Positions 62,119 to 64,000 of a stretch of 64,000 nt of DNA are shown here, in pieces. Source of the stretch: an uncultured Alphaproteobacteria bacterium (GTDB lineage Bacteria > Pseudomonadota > Alphaproteobacteria > JAGOMX01); NCBI GenBank assembly GCA_963780985.1, contig CAWAEF010000031.1:17286-81285 (forward strand). The letters are read 5' to 3'. The translations under genes and the position numbers were made by a program. The notes beneath the pieces were generated by a model. The model worked only from the letters and a program-made list of their open reading frames with translations, did no database searches and was not told the origin of the DNA. The stretch's first letter is position 1. Every line of letters starts with the position of its first letter.

Positions 62119-63818
62119 GCTTTCGCCTTTTCTCTACGCTTGGCGGTGGTCATAATGGCCCATTGTTGAATAATGGAAAGCACGTTGTTGGCCGTCCAGT
62201 AGAGCACCAATCCCGCAGGGAATTGGGCAAACACGAAGGTCATTACCAGCGGCAAAACCATAAACATCTGTTGCTGCACAGGATCCATAGGGGCAGGGTT
62301 TAGCTTTTGCTGAACCCACATAGATCCACCCATCAACAGCGGCAGAACACCAATCATCAACAGACTAGGCGGATCCCAAGGGATCAGGCCAAAGAGGTTG
62401 AAAACGGTCGTAGGATCAGGCGCAGAAAGGTCCTTAATCCAGCCATAAAAGGGTGCCTGACGCATCTCGATGGAGATAGACAGTACGTTATAAAGCGAAA
62501 TAAACACCGGCAGCTGTATAACAATCGGCAAGCAACCAGAAGCCGGGTTGACCTTTTCCCGCTTGTAAAGATCCATCATTTCCTGATTCATGCGCAGTTT
62601 GTCGTCGCCAAAACGCTCTTTAATTCGTTCCATTTTGGGCTGCAATTCCTTCATGCGTGCCATAGAGCGATAGGACTTATTGGCCAATGGGAAGAAGGCA
62701 ATTTTCAAGAGCAAGGTCAGGAACAAAATCGCCAAACCAAAGTTGCCCAGCCAGCTGTGGAACCAGTTAAGCAGGTAGAACATAGGCTTGGTGATCAGAT
62801 ATAGGTACCCAAAATCCACCGCCAGATCGAAGTGCTTAACGTCCAAGGTTTCTTCATAATGGTCCAACAAACTCAACACCTTTGCGCCCGCAAACAGGTG
62901 GGATTTTATCCCCTGTTTCTGGTTTGCAGCAATGGTAACAGGCTCACCCACATAGCCTGTGACATAAGTATCCTGGGCGCCCACGCGTTTATCTTCTACG
63001 TAAAACATAGACTTTGTCTTCTGATCAGGGATCAGAGCAGTAAGCCAGTACTTATCGGTCATACCGATCCAGCCACCCATGCTGTCATGCTTTTCTTCGC
63101 CGGTTTTTTGCAGCTTCTCGTATTGATAGGTGTGCAACTTGTCATCCATATAGCCCAAAGGACCCTCTTGCACGTATCCATGCAGAACAGGCGTGCCAAT
63201 GCGGGTAATCTGGTTATAGGGCACCAACTGAATGTTTTGGCCCGTATGGTTCGTGACCGACTGCTCGATGGTGAACATATAGTCTTTGTCCACACTGATT
63301 TGCCGCTCGAAGACAATGCCCTGGGGGTTAGTCCACGTCAAGGTCACTGGGCCAGAGGTATGAGTGATTTCCGCGCGGTCCGCCTTCCAGACGGTGTTTT
63401 CGTCGGGCAGGGTTATATTTTTATCGGACGTAACCCATCCAAAGCCAGCGAAGTAGGGGTGTTTAGTACCCACGGGCATTAACAGCACTTCATGAGGACT
63501 GTTTCTCTGAGTGGTTTCCAGATATTTCATCAGGGTCAAATCATCAAGAACACCACCCTTAAGGTTAATAGAACCCTCGAGCGCAGGCGTATCAATTTGT
63601 ACCCGCGAAGAAGCGCTAATAGCTTCATCACGGCCCAAAGGTGCCATGATCGCCGGCACAGATGGCTCAGGCGCCAGAGGCCCCGCTGTGTGCTGTGGCT
63701 GTGCAGCCGCCATCTGGTGCGCTTTTTCCGCTTTTGGTCCTTCATAGAAATAGTTCCAACCCACCATCACGCTAATCAGGATGATAACGAAAAATATCAT
63801 ATTCTTTTGATCGTTCAT
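62115..63818 (-). CDS. yidC: membrane protein insertase YidC
   Basis: 567 aa with a large periplasmic domain and a C-terminal 5-TM core ([14 protein letters not shown]...[12 protein letters not shown]). Confidence 0.93.
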
Positions 63819-64000
63819 TTTGTTCTCTTCTTCTGTTTTCGTATAGGATCAAGCCCATGCCCACCCCAAGGGTGGCAGCGGCCGATGCGTTTGGCGGCCA
63901 ATATTGTGCCCTTGTAGGGGCCGAAGTCATTTATAGCATCAATCGCGTATTGCGAACAAGTTGGCAAATAGCGACAACGCGGCGGTATCCACGGCGATAT
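63815..64000 (-). CDS. yidD: membrane protein insertion efficiency factor YidD (5' end outside the window)
   Basis: Not in the ORF track because the start lies beyond 64000. My translation is ...[60 protein letters not shown]. The stop overlaps the yidC ATG (ATGA). Confidence 0.85.
   Translation of the reverse strand: MSPWIPPRCRYLPTCSQYAIDAINDFGPYKGTILAAKRIGRCHPWGGHGLDPIRKQKKRTK

Overview
The window looks like part of the chromosome of an intracellular, host-associated alphaproteobacterium of Rickettsiales/Holosporales type; I cannot name the species. Evidence for this is an ATP/ADP translocase (tlc), alphaproteobacterial synteny (rpsB-tsf, pyrH-frr-uppS-cdsA, hfq-hflX, yidD-yidC-engB), an RcGTA-type terminase, and about 13 proteins with signal-peptide-like N-termini, including an F-box/LRR protein. 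Housekeeping content includes the msbA-DUF374-waaA lipid A/Kdo operon, rhlE, tig, tRNA-Leu(UAG), a mazEF module and two MFS transporters. The largest accessory block (27489-41005) is an ABC-transporter-dependent polysaccharide cluster: manC, manB, wzm, wzt, gmd, rmd and two GT4 genes. It predicts a GDP-D-rhamnose-based polymer like the Pseudomonas common polysaccharide antigen. It also encodes a 1250-aa fusion of an FkbM methyltransferase, a long coiled coil and two GT4 modules, a likely polymerase/terminator/ruler protein. The most unusual signal is non-coding. There are at least three related families of palindromic elements. One is a TIR-bounded element with 8-bp flanking duplications. One is a 230-bp long-stem module found stand-alone, nested and collapsed, with compensatory arm changes. 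One is a 135-bp family with six copies. In addition, the pyrH-tsf spacer is one large palindrome whose ends are inverted AGAATCY heptamer arrays. Four genes (upp, an MFS transporter, acnA and a repeat protein) are broken by six frameshifts. All six are consistent with loss of one base, mostly in a short homopolymer run, so they are either true decay or systematic sequencing error. I found no rRNA, CRISPR array or intact prophage.
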